The notes below the pieces were generated by a model that made no database searches, was not told the origin of the DNA, and saw only the letters and a program-made list of their open reading frames with translations. From Cetorhinus maximus (Eukaryota): DNA of 64,000 bases. Below, piece after piece: positions 1 through 12,300 of the stretch. The stretch is from positions 10,974,001 through 11,038,000 of the forward strand of contig NC_135903.1 of NCBI RefSeq assembly GCF_964194155.1, read 5' to 3'. Positions within the stretch are counted from its first letter, which is position 1, and each line of letters opens with the position of its first letter. Position numbers and translations under genes: made by a program.

Positions 1-256
1 CCGACGGAGTACAACCAGCCACAGCCAGTCACTGCTCCATGCTCGATTCACTCCAGTGTTTCTTTCACTTCTTCCTTCGCTACGTCGTCCTCCTCAAAAC
101 CAGGTGAAAAAGAATTAAAAGTGAACACCTCAAAAGATCCGGGCCGCGGAGTCCCGGGAAAGGATACAGGGGGAAGAGAAAGTACCTTTGTACAAGAAAC
201 ATCCTCTTTACAGTTTCCTGGCGCGGAAAAACCCCTTCCCGAGAAGGAAATGAAAG
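1..256 (+). CDS. HOXB10: HoxB10 exon 1, 3' part (5'-truncated by window edge)
   Basis: Frame 1 is open from base 1 (PTEYNQPQ...PLPEKEMK). It ends at a phase-1 donor AAAG|GTGGGT (257) that joins in frame to the PG10 homeobox exon at 5620. Not in the ORF track. Confidence 0.75.
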
Positions 257-339
257 GTGGGTAAAATCATGAACGAAAGGAAGAGAAACAATTACAGGGC
301 AGTTGGAGCAGGAACACAGGCAAGCACTCTCATCTGCGG

Positions 340-470
340 CAAGGTGACTTTATTCAGGTCATAAAGGAGCCTTTTTGTCTCCAGCACAAAGATCCCTCAG
401 TACAAATTAATACCTTGAGTAATTTATAGGACAGGCCCCTTACGGCAGAGTAAATTACAAACACGTTTAA
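340..470. promoter_or_regulatory. Cluster of posterior-Hox/Cdx-type sites at the start of the HoxB10 intron
   Basis: TTTATT, GTCATAAA, AATTAAT, TAATTTATAG and GTAAATTAC within 130 bp of each other, just after the donor. Confidence 0.35.
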
Positions 471-948
471 GTGACCCTTTTAAAGATCAAAACAGCGGAA
501 GGTTCCTGTTCTGAAGGCCACTCCTTAGTTGCAGTAGAAATCGCTATAAAAGTCCCCAATATAAACAACTCACCTAGGCAAAAACAAATAAGCATTATCA
601 AACGCAAGGCATACTTAAGAAGGAAGCATAAAACTGCAGTTATATCAAGTACACATACAATTAAACTAGCGGTTATTTTACGACGGAAAACATTATGTAA
701 TTATATTCATTCATATAGCTTAGTGGTTTTATGAACATAAATATATAATCATGATTATGTGTAAATGTAATTATATGTAAACGTTCACAAAATTGCACAT
801 ATATCATATAATTATAATTCTGTTATATGGACATATCTATATGTTTATAGGTATATATAATTACACGTATACACAGAGGGAAACAGATTGAACTGATCGG
901 TTAATTAATAATCCTTGCCGTTAGTATGGTCTATCTTCACACAAACAG

Positions 949-975
949 CTGTGTATGTGTGTGTGTGTGTGTGTG
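949..975. repeat. (TG)n microsatellite
   Basis: Direct reading of the TG run. Confidence 0.9.
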
Positions 976-3621
976 GGTGGGTAACATTGCAACATAGCTA
1001 GTTTATGCAAGCATTCATAACAACATACGTTTATAAATGAAACCACAAGCCGTGCTCGGGTTTGAAGTTTCGATGCAAAGACTGCATTGGTGGCCAGCGA
1101 TATTTTAAATAAATAATTGTGGGTGTTGATATATTGGATTTGAGTCTGACATTCAGTGAGCAACAAAGCATTCGAGCGACAGTCTATCAATGATTGGTTC
1201 ATGTATTAAAACAAGCCAAAGATGCAATTATGAATTCCAAATGTTGAATATAAATAAATTGAGCTTCGTGGCACCATGTGATATCCACTTAAACTCTATT
1301 TGTTGCCATGGAGATAGATTATGGCACCTAAGAAAAATTACATCACACAGCGCTGCAGAGGCATTGCGGTAATATATGAAAACTCGCTGTTGAGTGAATT
1401 AGGAATTAAAGAACCACAGGGGCACCGACATGCACACTTGCAATCCGAGGTACTCCATTTGCTATTTCCTGGTAGGTGTGGATAATTCCGATTGCTGTGA
1501 TCTGATTCTAACAGAATCTACGAGAAATGACAATGAATATCAAAAAGGTTACTGGTAGCGCTTTGCCGATTCTTTCAGAAGTTAACTGTTGTCTGACAGG
1601 TAATTATTAAGCCACATTTCTGTATTTTCCGGGAAAACTTTTTAAAAAAGTAACTGTAGTTCCTAACCCCTCCACCACCCCCCCACCGCCCCCACCCCAC
1701 CAATGCTGAGCCGCTACACACGAGGAAAGACGTGGATAAACCTCAGGATGCAATAGCTCGGAGGAAGTTATAATTAACTTGGATCCACCAAAAAGGATTT
1801 CCTCCACCTACTCTCATACACATAAAATAATGAAACACAAGGCCACTTCATTTACATAAAAGTCGGCAAACACTTTGTAAAAGCGTTGCAATCCCTAACA
1901 GTTTAAGTACTAAGCATTAAGTAACAATGGGGCATACAAATGCCTTTATTGTTATGCAAATCTGGGACATGTTAAGCACACGTTAAACTTTGAAAATGAG
2001 GCAAAGTATTGTAAAGAGGCATAGGTGCCCCTTGCCCCATGGGATATATCCAGAGAGCACCTCAGAAGTTAAATTACCTCTCAATTAGGACGAGAGAATC
2101 ATGTGTTTCATTCTTGACACATCTTGAACTGTGTATGGACGCAACGATGGTATTTTTTGATAGCAATTGGACGAAATCAGCAGTGATCACCCAAATCACA
2201 GACTAGGTGATTCTGAATTAGTAAAATTTAGTTCAATCTGACAAATAAGCTTGGTTAGTGACTGTTAGGATTTACCGATGTATTTCCTCTGTAACTTTAG
2301 AGAATCTCCTGGTTTCTTTCTTATCAATTAGCTGATCTCTAAGGAAGCACTTAATCCTAGTCATATTTTAATTCCGTATAGTCCAATAAAATTGGGCAGT
2401 ACTTTTTAAAAACTATTTGTAACATTTCACCGCTGTGCTCCATTTATTGCACAGCTCAGTTGATATGTCCAGTTTCAGGGATTTATTTGACTTCCATGGA
2501 ATTTCCAATCTTGATTGATGACAAAAATCTTAGGAGAAAAGCTACACTCATCGACAACAACACTTCCGCCATCTTTGCTGCATTGAAATAACGTCAGCTT
2601 CACACAAAGAACCGAATGACGGCACAAAGTAGCTAATAAAGATGGAGGCCTTAAATTGAGTTGGGATTTTGGCTGTTTTAAAAATTGAACTTGTACGCAA
2701 CAAAGTGAAAGTTATTGCAAGTCACAGGTATCAGTTAATTTCCACACAATTTCTCTATACAGTACAACTTATTGTTACAAAATAATAAGGACAGTTATAA
2801 CATAAAACCCGATAGTAGAGTTCATACACATAACTAGTTGTGCAATAAGGCTTTACAGCATGCTCTTAACATCCTTCAATCAGTCAATAATTAGCAGGTC
2901 GCTTAAAATATAGTATACACTTACATTTTAAACTGAACTCCAGGTTATGTAGGATCGCATTTCTTGCTAAGCCCTTGCTGTTCCGGTCACTTCAGTCTTG
3001 TTGAGTAATTATCCGCATTTAAAATGCATTCAGGCCTATGTACTCACAAAACGCAGTTTCCATGTTCATCTAGGGAGCCACTCCAATAAGATATAGTATT
3101 TGAACAGAAAATGTAACACATGGTGCAACTTTCACCCACAGCATAAAAAACAACAAATTGACAACGCAACATTAGAAAAGAAAACTATCTGAAGGAGCCT
3201 AGGGTGATTTCAGACTGATTATCATATAGTTCCTTTCATTGTGGACCTTTTGAAACATTAGGTAGGCACATTTGAAAGGGAAATATAATAATTAAACCCC
3301 CTGTCTTTCACGTATTTTCCCCACAAACTATCAACCTGAAAAGTGTAGACAAATTCGCATTTATGCATTGCCACCGGATGGCCAAAACAAACACAAGGAA
3401 CTTCCCTAATATGCGGCTGGATCTTCAAAGGCCGGCCGTTAAAATTTGCGAATTGTTAGCTACAAGTTCTTGACTTTAAATAATATAAGAGGCAGAAAGG
3501 TACTGTACGAATGCGCTTATAACTAAGGAATTGTGACCTGACACTGAATATGGTAAACAAAATAACATCTTGAGTTCTAAACAAGAGCCTGGCCATGTAT
3601 AGACCAAAACCAACATCCGGC

Positions 3622-3826
3622 GGATGCTGAAAATCTAAAAGAAAAGCTGAAAATGCTGGAAATGCACAACAGGCCTTGCAGCATCTGTGGAGAGAGAGGG
3701 ATCCACTTAAGGTTTCAGGTCGTTCTGATGAAAGGTCACGATCTGAAACGTTAACTCTGTTTCTCCCTCTGCACAGATACTGCCAGACCTGCTGAGTTAT
3801 TTGCAACGTTTTCTGTTTTTATTTCA
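3622..3826. mobile_element. Fold-back (inverted-repeat) non-autonomous element, probably Penelope-like-derived, with central hammerhead-type motif
   Basis: Left arm ~3634-3722 is an imperfect reverse complement of right arm ~3739-3826. The centre reads CTGATGA-A-AGGTCACGATCT-GAAACGTT. It resembles an abundant shark repeat (from memory). Confidence 0.75.
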
Positions 3827-4021
3827 TTTATATGCTCTTTGAACTGTGATACTCAGATAGCCTTCTGAACCTGATTGAAATTTGGCCGGTAAGGAATTGT
3901 CCCCTGCACCATATACGCCGTTTCTTGCATGGGCCGAAAATTTTGACTATATCGGCCGCTTCTTTATGAGGTTATTAGTTTGGTAAGTTTACTTAGAGTA
4001 ACTGAATGCATAAACCTATAC

Positions 4022-4078
4022 AAAAACAGAAAATGCTGGAAAAACTCAGCAGTTCCAACAGCGCCTGTGGAGAGAAAC
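4022..4078 (+). mobile_element. Truncated second copy of the fold-back element arm
   Basis: AAAAACAGAAAATGCTGGAAAAACTCAGCAG...CTGTGGAGAGAAAC matches the left arm and the reverse complement of the right arm of 3622-3826. Confidence 0.75.
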
Positions 4079-4239
4079 CTATCTCCCCGCTGTTCCATGA
4101 ACTTAAACCCTTTCAATAAAGCCAAGAGCGTGTTCTATGTGAGGGTGTAACTTCCATCAACGAAATTACATCTAAAGTTTTCTGTCCTAAAAACCACCTA
4201 TTTAGTGGTTTACCGCACTTGCAACTGGGCTAACATTGG

Positions 4240-4287
4240 AACATGAAAAAATACAGCACCGACGGAGGTCATTCGGCCCACCATACC
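4240..4287 (-). mobile_element. 3' tail fragment of CR1-type LINE (HER1) or partner SINE (HE1)
   Basis: Minus strand reads TGGTGGGCCGAATGACCTCCGTCGGTGCTGTATTTTTCATG. This is close to the elasmobranch CR1/HE1 tail GGGCCGAATGGCCTCCTTCTGTGCTGT..TTCTATG (from memory). Confidence 0.5.
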
Positions 4288-5619
4288 GGGAAATGTTAAA
4301 GGTTAAATCCTAGTTTTATTGTAACTACAAGGATTTCAGAAAAAATACTTTTTAGTAGCAGAGGAGCTGAAGCAGTTTATGTTTTATCAATACGGACTGT
4401 GAACATGTTGAGAAACCCTACAATTGTATTTACAGTTTGGATACATTGACCTTTTTGGTCAGTAATGGCTCCTGGTTCTTACCATTTCAATTTATTACAA
4501 CGATATTGGATGCATGAATAACATTTGTCTCATATATAGCGAGGTTTACCTCAGAGATCGCGTTACATGTCTTTTTTTTAAAAAAAAACTACGTATAAGT
4601 CTAAAAGGTTATATGGAAACAGTTCAGCTTAAAGCATTTCGTCACAACGCTCACAATAGGATGGCAAATTGCAAAACATCGTATAAAAATGCGTTAACTA
4701 TTGCCTTAAAATTAACAATAATACAAAATGAAAAGCGTGGAGAAGCTTTATAAAAACTTTCATAACTTTCTGCTGAACACAACTGTCCCCATGTTTGTGT
4801 TTTCCTGCCCCCTGTTCGTCAAACGATTTCTCCTCCTCCCTTGCACAATCCATAACCTTTAAGTGAAAGTCCAGTATAAAGGCGAAATTATAGGGGTTAA
4901 ACGTTGTTTTGCAATACAACAATTCTGTTCTAAAACAATTCACAATAAGGCCGCTTGGACAAAATATTGACTTTGGGAAGTTAATAGGCGTTTGAATGGC
5001 CTGAGATATCCCAGGGAATAATTCCGTTTATCTTAACCTAGGTGAGCATTTTCTATCAGAAAATTAATATTATTAATTAGAATTTGAGATGCAGTTGTCT
5101 GTCATGGCCAAGCTATATTAACCGTGTTTTAAACGCAGTGATGTGTTTGCAATGAGGCTTTCGGGACAGCCATGTCTTTTTGTAATATTATCTGCCGTAC
5201 CTTATTCCATTGCTTTGCATCATTAGAAATCAATATTAGTGCAACCTGCATTAGAGATAACATTTTTGATCAAACCTTAATTAGGCCTTCACTGTAGTTA
5301 TTTGTCCATGTGTAGGAGTCCCCTTTAAGAAAAGCTGTTGGAACTTTTTATTTTGATAAGACATGAAGTTACATTAGAACAGGTAATGCTGCGTTGTGAA
5401 ACAACAGCCTGAGCTAATGAAAATCAGGATAAAACATGAAGGGTTCACATTCATCTTTCTGACTATGTGCCGACAATGTTACCCCCTCCCCGCTCTCAAT
5501 TGGGATACTTTATTGCAATCCCTGAGCCATGGTCTCGTTGGTGGTGAAAGAAAGGGAGGAAGAACAAAATCCATTTTATTCTGCAGGTCGTTTGACAATT
5601 TGTTTTTCCCGATTGACAG

Positions 5620-5891
5620 AGAGTACAAAGGCTGAGAATACGATAAACTGGCTGTCGGCGAAGGGCGGAAGGAAGAAACGCTGCCCGTACACCAAGCAAC
5701 AGACACTGGAGCTAGAAAAGGAATTCCTCTTTAACATGTATTTAACTCGAGAGCGCCGCCTAGAGATCAGCCGGAACGTGAATCTAACCGACAGACAAGT
5801 CAAAATCTGGTTTCAAAACCGAAGAATGAAACTGAAAAAGATGAGCAGAGAGCACAGAGTTCGAGAAATATCGGCTACTTTCCCCATTTGA
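5620..5891 (+). CDS. HOXB10: HoxB10 exon 2 (AbdB-class PG10 homeodomain)
   Basis: Acceptor ttgacag| at 5619. Encodes [70 protein letters not shown], which has PG10 signatures. Lies upstream of mir-196 and HoxB9. Confidence 0.92.
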
Positions 5892-6867
5892 AGAAAGAGC
5901 TGGTGTTTTTTAAATCAAAAAATATAGGAGACGGTGGACGATATAAAGCGTCTCGTTGAAGCAATTCGAGTGCTACAACAATATTGATGGATTTGGGGGG
6001 AGGGGTAGAGGTTGCAAGTTCAGAAGTCTAGTCACTAGAACAACATTGAGCCAGCAAAGGAGAAGGGACATAGCCGGATGAAGAGCTTGCAAGTTCAAAA
6101 TAACTAAACATAACAAAAAGATACTGATTTGCTGTTGAAAATGAACAGTCTGAAGACACTAGTTTACTGGACAAGTTCATTAATTGCCATCAGATAATTT
6201 AGTGTCCTATCGCTTAATTATGACGAAAGGAACTGGAAGAATGTTCCACAAAGGCAATAAAATCTGACTTGCATTATCCATTTTGTCCTATTTCTTGGGT
6301 TTAATCGATGTATAGTTAGTACCACAATTATGTTTTATGCTTACAAAAGTAATCATTTTAACGTCTGACGCTTCCTCTTATTGAATGGACACCAGAGAAC
6401 TCGACACCTATTATAATACGCCATCTGCGCAGATATACTTCACGCACGAGAGTGAAGCACTTGTTAAATTATACCAAGAAACTAGCCTCAAAATAGGCAG
6501 GCATATTGAAGCAATTAGAGGTCGATAATTATGGGAAATCCTCGGTCTACCAAAGGGTAAATTTTGAATTACTGCTTACTAATGGATAGAAGCATTATGA
6601 TTCGCCTTAAAACAACGCTTTTCTTAAAGTTATGGGAGGACGTAAAGGTAAAAACTCATTTCCATAGATGGTCGCCTCATCATGAATCCTTCTTGCTTCT
6701 TAGTATGTAAGAATAATTATTTATGTAGGTTATCGAATGGGCATCGCAACAATAATATCAAACAACGTGCAATTATTTTCGTTGGTGTCACGTACTTTCA
6801 GAAGATAATTTTACCAACTTAATGTTAAGTACAAACTTTATTATTAAAAATGTTTCTAAGAATTCTA

Positions 6868-6873
6868 AATAAA
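6868..6873 (+). terminator. Candidate HoxB10 polyadenylation signal
   Basis: AATAAA about 1 kb after the stop codon. Other AATAAA hexamers exist nearby. Confidence 0.3.
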
Positions 6874-8394
6874 ACTCGATTTTCCTGATAAATGCACAGC
6901 CTCAACCAACGGTTGAATCGAAGTACATGGAAATAACCAAACTATGAAAAACTGCATGTAAATTTCATAGCGACTATAATGCTTGCAGTTATTCAGCGTC
7001 GTTCACGTCAAAACACCGTAAAACGTTTCCACAATAAATTGTTTTGGGAATTAACTGAGTGTATTGCAGGTGAACAAAATATTCTACTGTTCATTCGGCT
7101 TTAAATAACGTCTAATAACTGAAGATTTATATTAAGTAAAGATTGCAGTGGAGATAAAACATTAATTGAATGCAAATTGATTAACATAAACATTTAAATA
7201 AAAGATATAAATATCAAGATAGAGCACTTTTTAATGATCTTATTGCAATTGTTATGAAAAGGCAGATTCTTATGCAGCTTTTGTGTTCCTTTGACTAACG
7301 TCAAAAGGCTAAAATATTCATGAGCTAGCCTCCACACCTGGCTCATATCTCTCAAGTGGAAAAACATTTGCATAAATTCCCGCCTGCTATTAGTTTGAAT
7401 TTATCATTGAAAACTGCTATTGACCTATTTTTAGTGGAGGTGTTTAACATGATTCAGTCTCAATTTTATGATTTCATTTCTCATTCTGTTCCACACTAGA
7501 GATGTGACGTAAAGCTTCCCATCGAAATGTGAATGGAATGTGAGAAACCAATAAATTAAGACGAGCTCACAATAAAAAATTGGAGCTTAAGTACATCGGC
7601 AAGCTAAAATAGTTAAAAGCCCAGACGAGTTCTTCGTCACTGTTCTAGAGGGTATCAGTCATTGTTTGAACTTCTCCTGGATAAATAATGTGCATTTACA
7701 GCAACCGGTTAAAACCCAGCTTCTAACATACCACGAGTATCGATTATACTTCTTTGCAGTGAACTACAGCCTTAGTGGAGATTATACACTATAATTAAAA
7801 TGTGTTTGTGCTTAAGAATAATGTGTCTTTTAAATGTTCATCAAATTGCCCGACAAACTGTGGTGGTCTGTCCTCTCAATTAGTTTGACGTGTGTGCTTT
7901 TAGATAGAGATTTTCAGATAATAAATGTGTAATGTCAGGTAAAATGCAATATTTATTTTTAAAAATATATAAAGAAACTTGTTATACCAAAGACTATTAA
8001 GGTTGTGCCCATCACATGTTGTCTACTGCTATGCACACTGAACTCCACACAACACTCAGTAAGAGAGTGGCATGAATGGAACTGTTAATATTTGGGGACC
8101 ATTCACAAAAAACGTTTTTAAATGTAATATTTCACTTTCTTTGGAGCATAATAAGTGTGGTATTTTTTCTGAATAGCATGTTCTGTATATTTCACGTCTT
8201 AAATTGGTTGCATTATTTCCTGGGCCTTATCACAGGCTAATATTAAAATGCAGATTTAAATATAACAATAAAATTGTGTTTGACATTTCTGTAGTTCTTT
8301 ATACTTTTATTTAATGTCCAAAAGTCTGTTAAGTTTTGTTGCGGCCATTTGCTCTTTAGTGGCTCTTTCATCAAGTCTGGCTCGTATATATCAT

Positions 8395-8680
8395 GGACGT
8401 TGGTTGGCTGATTGTGAACCCGTGAAATTGACCTGAAATGGACAAGTTGATGGTTGAGAAAAAAGGACAGGGAATTCCGATGCTTCCACCCCTAAAGAAA
8501 ACCCTGCAGTTTGAAATTTATTTGGTATCCGGTGTCGGTGATTTAAATACCATCGAGACGGTTGTAACTGACTGTGGGCACTGACGATGCTGCAAGGACG
8601 ACCACGTCCGCTTTTGTAAAGTTTTATGGCTTGTAAATATGTTTGGCAATTTGCTGTCATGTAGGACTTGTTGGACTTGG
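8395..8680 (+). promoter_or_regulatory. Putative promoter/conserved block upstream of mir-196
   Basis: TTGGCTG, CACGT, and GTAAAGTTTTATGGCTTGTAAATATG..GGCAATT..CTGTCATG (Cdx/Hox plus TALE TGTCA sites), as recalled from blocks upstream of Hox-cluster mir-196 genes. Confidence 0.45.
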
Positions 8681-9304
8681 GCAGTTTGGCACCGAGCGGC
8701 ATGCTACACAGCATAGCTTTGAGATCAGGAAAATGGCCACAGTTTTCTTTCTTCGACAAACTTCTAGTGGAAACTCGCTAACTGTTGTTCAAATTTGTTT
8801 TCAAGACTTTGGGAAACATGATGAAAATGGTAGGGCATTGTTGTCACGTTTAACGGTGTTTTGCCAGGAATCTTTAAGGCTGGTTACAGCCACATTGACT
8901 TTGTATAAAATGGAATGTTTGTTGTAGCAGCAGTCTAGCGACTGTGTTTGAAAGTGAAAACTTTGGCCCTTTACCATGGTAATGATGCAGTGCAGTGACA
9001 CCAGTTGCTTCAGCTTCTTATTTGTTTATTCGCCCGAAGCAAGGCCGAGATGGTGCAATCTTCCCTGTTGGAATAATTATACAGAGATAGATCCAATTTT
9101 GAAACCTCCTGTACCTGTGAGATTTCAAAATATCCTCCCTCCCTTTCTTTTCTTCGAAACATGAGACCTTTTTGTTAATTAATTATATCTTAAAGAATAA
9201 TGCCTAACAAAGATATATATATATATTTCACAATGATGGTCTTCATTTGAGCGTTTCAATTGAATTCAACTCGTTAGGGCCAGTCTATGGCGCAAGTGAA
9301 ATGG

Positions 9305-9388
9305 AACTGCTGTGTGACTTAGGTAGTTTCATGTTGTTGGGCTTCTGTTTGATCGCAGTGACAAGAAACTGCCTGAATTACTCCAGTT
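9305..9388 (+). ncRNA. MIR196A1: pre-mir-196 (HoxB copy, mir-196a-1 orthologue); mature 5p 9320-9341
   Basis: Exact mature TAGGTAGTTTCATGTTGTTGGG. The 3' arm GCAGTGACAAGAAACTGCCTGA is complementary, with basal pairing AACTG/CAGTT. Canonical position between Hox10 and Hox9. Confidence 0.97.
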
Positions 9389-12300
9389 ATTGTCATCGCA
9401 AACTTTTGGATGTTAAGTTAAAAAGAGGAACCTCTGGTATTTTACTACCCGAAGGAATGGTTTCTGTGACAAAACATTTTAGATATTGCGAAGAAATGGA
9501 AGATGGTGCCACTAGCAATGCCTAGCGCGGGCTGTTATTGCAGATTAACGGGTGTTCATCTATGTAATTGCCCATCTGTCCGATACATGGATAGATCTGA
9601 AATAACTGTTCTTGTGTATGGATAGCATGGTAAAGTTTTAAATAATTCAAATTGTGTATATTTTTTCTACTGCTAAATTTTGGAATTGCAACATAACTAG
9701 TTGGATGCGATTTTCTATTCTTTAGATCTAACTGCGTAGATAGAGTTAGATCGATCAATTATACGTATAATAAATAGATAGATTTTTGGTTAACAACACA
9801 GACAGGTAGCCTGCGCAGTTGTGTAAAGTAACTAATTTCTGCACGGTCCATATCCATCAAAAAAGTTACCCCAGGTTTTAAAAACAAACAAATGGAAAAC
9901 GCACCGAGCAAGGATGAAAGTGAGCAGATAAACAATACGATTTATTTCTGGACCATATTAATTTAGTTTTCGTGTACTTTTTGTACACTTGAAATATGAT
10001 CGAAGAAAAACAAATATTGAACACTGGCGGGTCATTCCCCAGTGTCAAGGTCTTGCAATAATGGTATGATTTTGTTTTGTTATAATGCAATGTGCCCAGT
10101 TATAAATGATAATGTAAATATTACTCAATCAATAACGATGGTTGTTCAGTCTATCACAACATTACTTTATATTAAATAAAAGAGGCCGCTTCGATATTAC
10201 TGCAGTTAGCTATATCTGACTAAATCGCATATGATTTTTAACTGGAGGCATCCAATTGCAGAAAAACATAAGGCAAGCTTCCAATTGGACTCTTTCCTCT
10301 AGATGAAGAGGCTTTAGTGTTGCCTTCATCTGTTCATTACTTCTTTTTAGTTCATATATGAAAGTATAACTTGAGCGAGTTTGCGCCGATGTTCTTCAAT
10401 TCGTTCACTTTCACTGTCAGTTTGAAAGTTAAGTATCGGCTACTGTTTAAAACACACGCAGCGATACACACATAGCGGTCACTTAGCCCGCCGAGTGATT
10501 TGTAGAATAGAACCTCATCAAAGGAAAAAGGAAAACCATGATTTCACATCTTAACAACAATTGGATCCCAGAGAATGTTCCAATTATAGACTGTAGCTGA
10601 TTGCCATTTTTCACCATCTGCTGTATACTATTTGGTGTGAAGATGTTTGATTTGTTTTCTTGCTTATCTGCATATTTCCAATGGATTATGAATTGAACTA
10701 AAGGGGAGAATGCAACAAATAAACTCTTAATTGTTAAGAATGTTGGAGCGTTTATAACAACTTTGAAACTAATAAAGTTGATAATATTGCACAATGTGCT
10801 GTAGAGGGAAGGGCAAACGGCCTCACTTCTTGTATAGTTAGGCCTAAGTTGAAACTCTTTCTTTAAATCTAAGTGTGGTATTTCCACCCAAATGGCCTGC
10901 AGCGACCCCGAACGACGGGTCTTTTGCTATTCATAATGTCAGTTGCTGTTGTTTGGAATCACTCCATTTTTAGGGTTGGCAGAGATCCGAATATGTCTTT
11001 TTTAAAAAGGTCTTTAAAATATAAATAAATTCGAAATTTACAAGAAAAGCCCAATAATTTTCCCTAATAAAAACATATAAACGTATTATTGTAACAGTTT
11101 ATAAGCAAAGTTACTAGGAATGTAGCAATGTGGTCGCTGATCTTTCTATATATTACTGTTAAAATTCAGTTCCCATTCTTCGTACCCAAGTTAAGTTTTG
11201 TATCTGTTCTCCTATAAAGATACCATCGCCTCTAATACTTGAAAACGCCTATCTTAATTCACCCCATAATACAGAATTATGCATTGTACTAAGCGATTAG
11301 GAGTGCATATTTTTACTTTATTGATAGTGAAACTGGATGTTATTAAGCAATTTGTTTAAACTGCGTTTATGCCTTTAAGACGTGTTTTAGTTGTAAAGGG
11401 AGAACATTTCAAGAGTCTATTGGATATCCAGAATTCCAGCAAAGACGGTGCTAGTGTCAGATTGTCCCTTAAAATACTGAGTTAAAAGACAGGCGAGTAT
11501 TTCTGAACAATAATTTGCACAGTAGAGTGACCGTTTTCAGTTTGATGAGCTACAAAGAAAATGAGTGGATAACTCGGCACACTGTGAGAAAATAGATAAA
11601 ATAATTTATTTGGTACATGAAATGACGAAAGTTAATTTTCTTATACTTCGCACAGATGAAGCTCTTTAGAAAATGCACATTTGTGGCATGTTGAAAATCT
11701 ATTTTCTTTCGGCAGAAATAAATATCTATAAATGGATTTTAAAGGACCCTATTGAATATTTACATCTCGAAATGTTAATGTTTGAATATATATACAACAA
11801 TCATCAACATGTGCAGATATGACATTTTACTGCTGACTGAAACATCCATTTGATGCCAATTTTCCGATTAGATCTGCCAGTCTAGCAGGCCCTATAATGC
11901 AAAAGTCTTCCGTTGAAATAACCTCCCTTTTAATTATTTAGGCTAGATAATATTCACGTTATACAAAAACATAGCTCTCAGCATCTTACCGATTTTAAAA
12001 ACAAGTTTTAAAGTGCGCAGTCTTGAAGTCTAGAATGGTGTCAAACCAATTTTAGTCTCGTTTACCCTAAACTTTTGAAACCATCAAAGAGGTGGAATAA
12101 GATAATAGGGGAGTTATTTTTTAATTTAATATAATGGCAGCCAAAGCAAGTCGAATCGAAATACAAAACAAATATGTATATATTGAGAAATACATATGAC
12201 ATGATGCTAACAGCCAATTTAAGCGCATGGGGAAGCTTTACACTGACCTGTCCTGATATTTGGATATACTCAATGGTATTCGCATCATAGAGGCTTACAG

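Noticed and set aside
5892-6870. miR-10 seed site in the HoxB10 3' UTR
   Set aside because: No ACAGGGT match found by eye; only CAAAGGGTA near 6551.
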